A stretch of 61,043 nt of DNA from assembly GCA_946538425.1 (NCBI GenBank), contig CAMNGM010000001.1, forward strand, positions 1 through 61,043, read 5' to 3'. The notes beneath the pieces are model-generated. The model was not told the DNA's origin, searched no databases, and saw nothing but the letters and a program-made list of their open reading frames with translations. Position 1 is the first letter of the stretch; each line of letters begins with the position of its first letter. This document shows, one piece after another, positions 60,977 through 61,043 of the stretch. This DNA is from an uncultured Bacteroidales bacterium (GTDB lineage Bacteria > Bacteroidota > Bacteroidia > Bacteroidales > UBA932). The position numbers were made by a program, and so were the translations under genes.

Positions 60977-61040
60977 AATGGGGTGCCAGAAGGGCGCCCC
61001 ATTGTCATTCCGAGAAGGCCGCAGGCCGACGAAGGAATCT
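60977..61040. repeat. Hairpin plus inverted, expanded copy of the 27-bp unit
   Basis: AATGGGGTGCC-agaag-GGCGCCCCATT (60977-61003), then TGTCATTCCGAG-aaggccgcaggccga-CGAAGGAATCT (61003-61040), whose ends are the reverse complement of unit 1. Confidence 0.8.
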
Positions 61041-61043
61041 CAT

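Overview
This is a 61 kb, high-GC, Bacteroidales-type polysaccharide utilization region for heavily decorated (glucurono/feruloyl/acetyl-) arabinoxylan. The lineage call is inference from TAnnTTTG promoters, SusC/SusD pairs and hybrid two-component systems (HTCS). From left to right it holds: an arabinose module (partial Na+:solute symporter, NrtR-family AraR with two AGTGT-N7-ACACT operators, GH97); a xylo-oligosaccharide module (GH43_1 xylosidase, GPH/MFS transporter, CBM4-interrupted GH10, GH115); and PUL-A (HTCS, SusC, SusD). PUL-A is followed by a tandemly duplicated two-gene cassette of unknown function (DUF6057-like membrane protein plus CxxCH-containing beta-propeller lipoprotein, each copy with its own apparently leaderless promoter), then GH67 and an SGNH esterase. 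PUL-B (GH9, HTCS, SusC, SusD) leads an esterase-rich operon (CE6-CE1, CE1, three GH43s, an unknown protein, an alpha/beta esterase). The right end carries a carboxylesterase, a double GH43-CBM6, another CE1, a GH43 and two GH51s, and finishes in a 27-bp REP-like tandem array. The best candidate for an undescribed system is the duplicated membrane protein / CxxCH propeller cassette at 19717-25549. No rRNA, tRNA, CRISPR array or transposase was seen. Family assignments come from motif recognition and memory, not from database searches.
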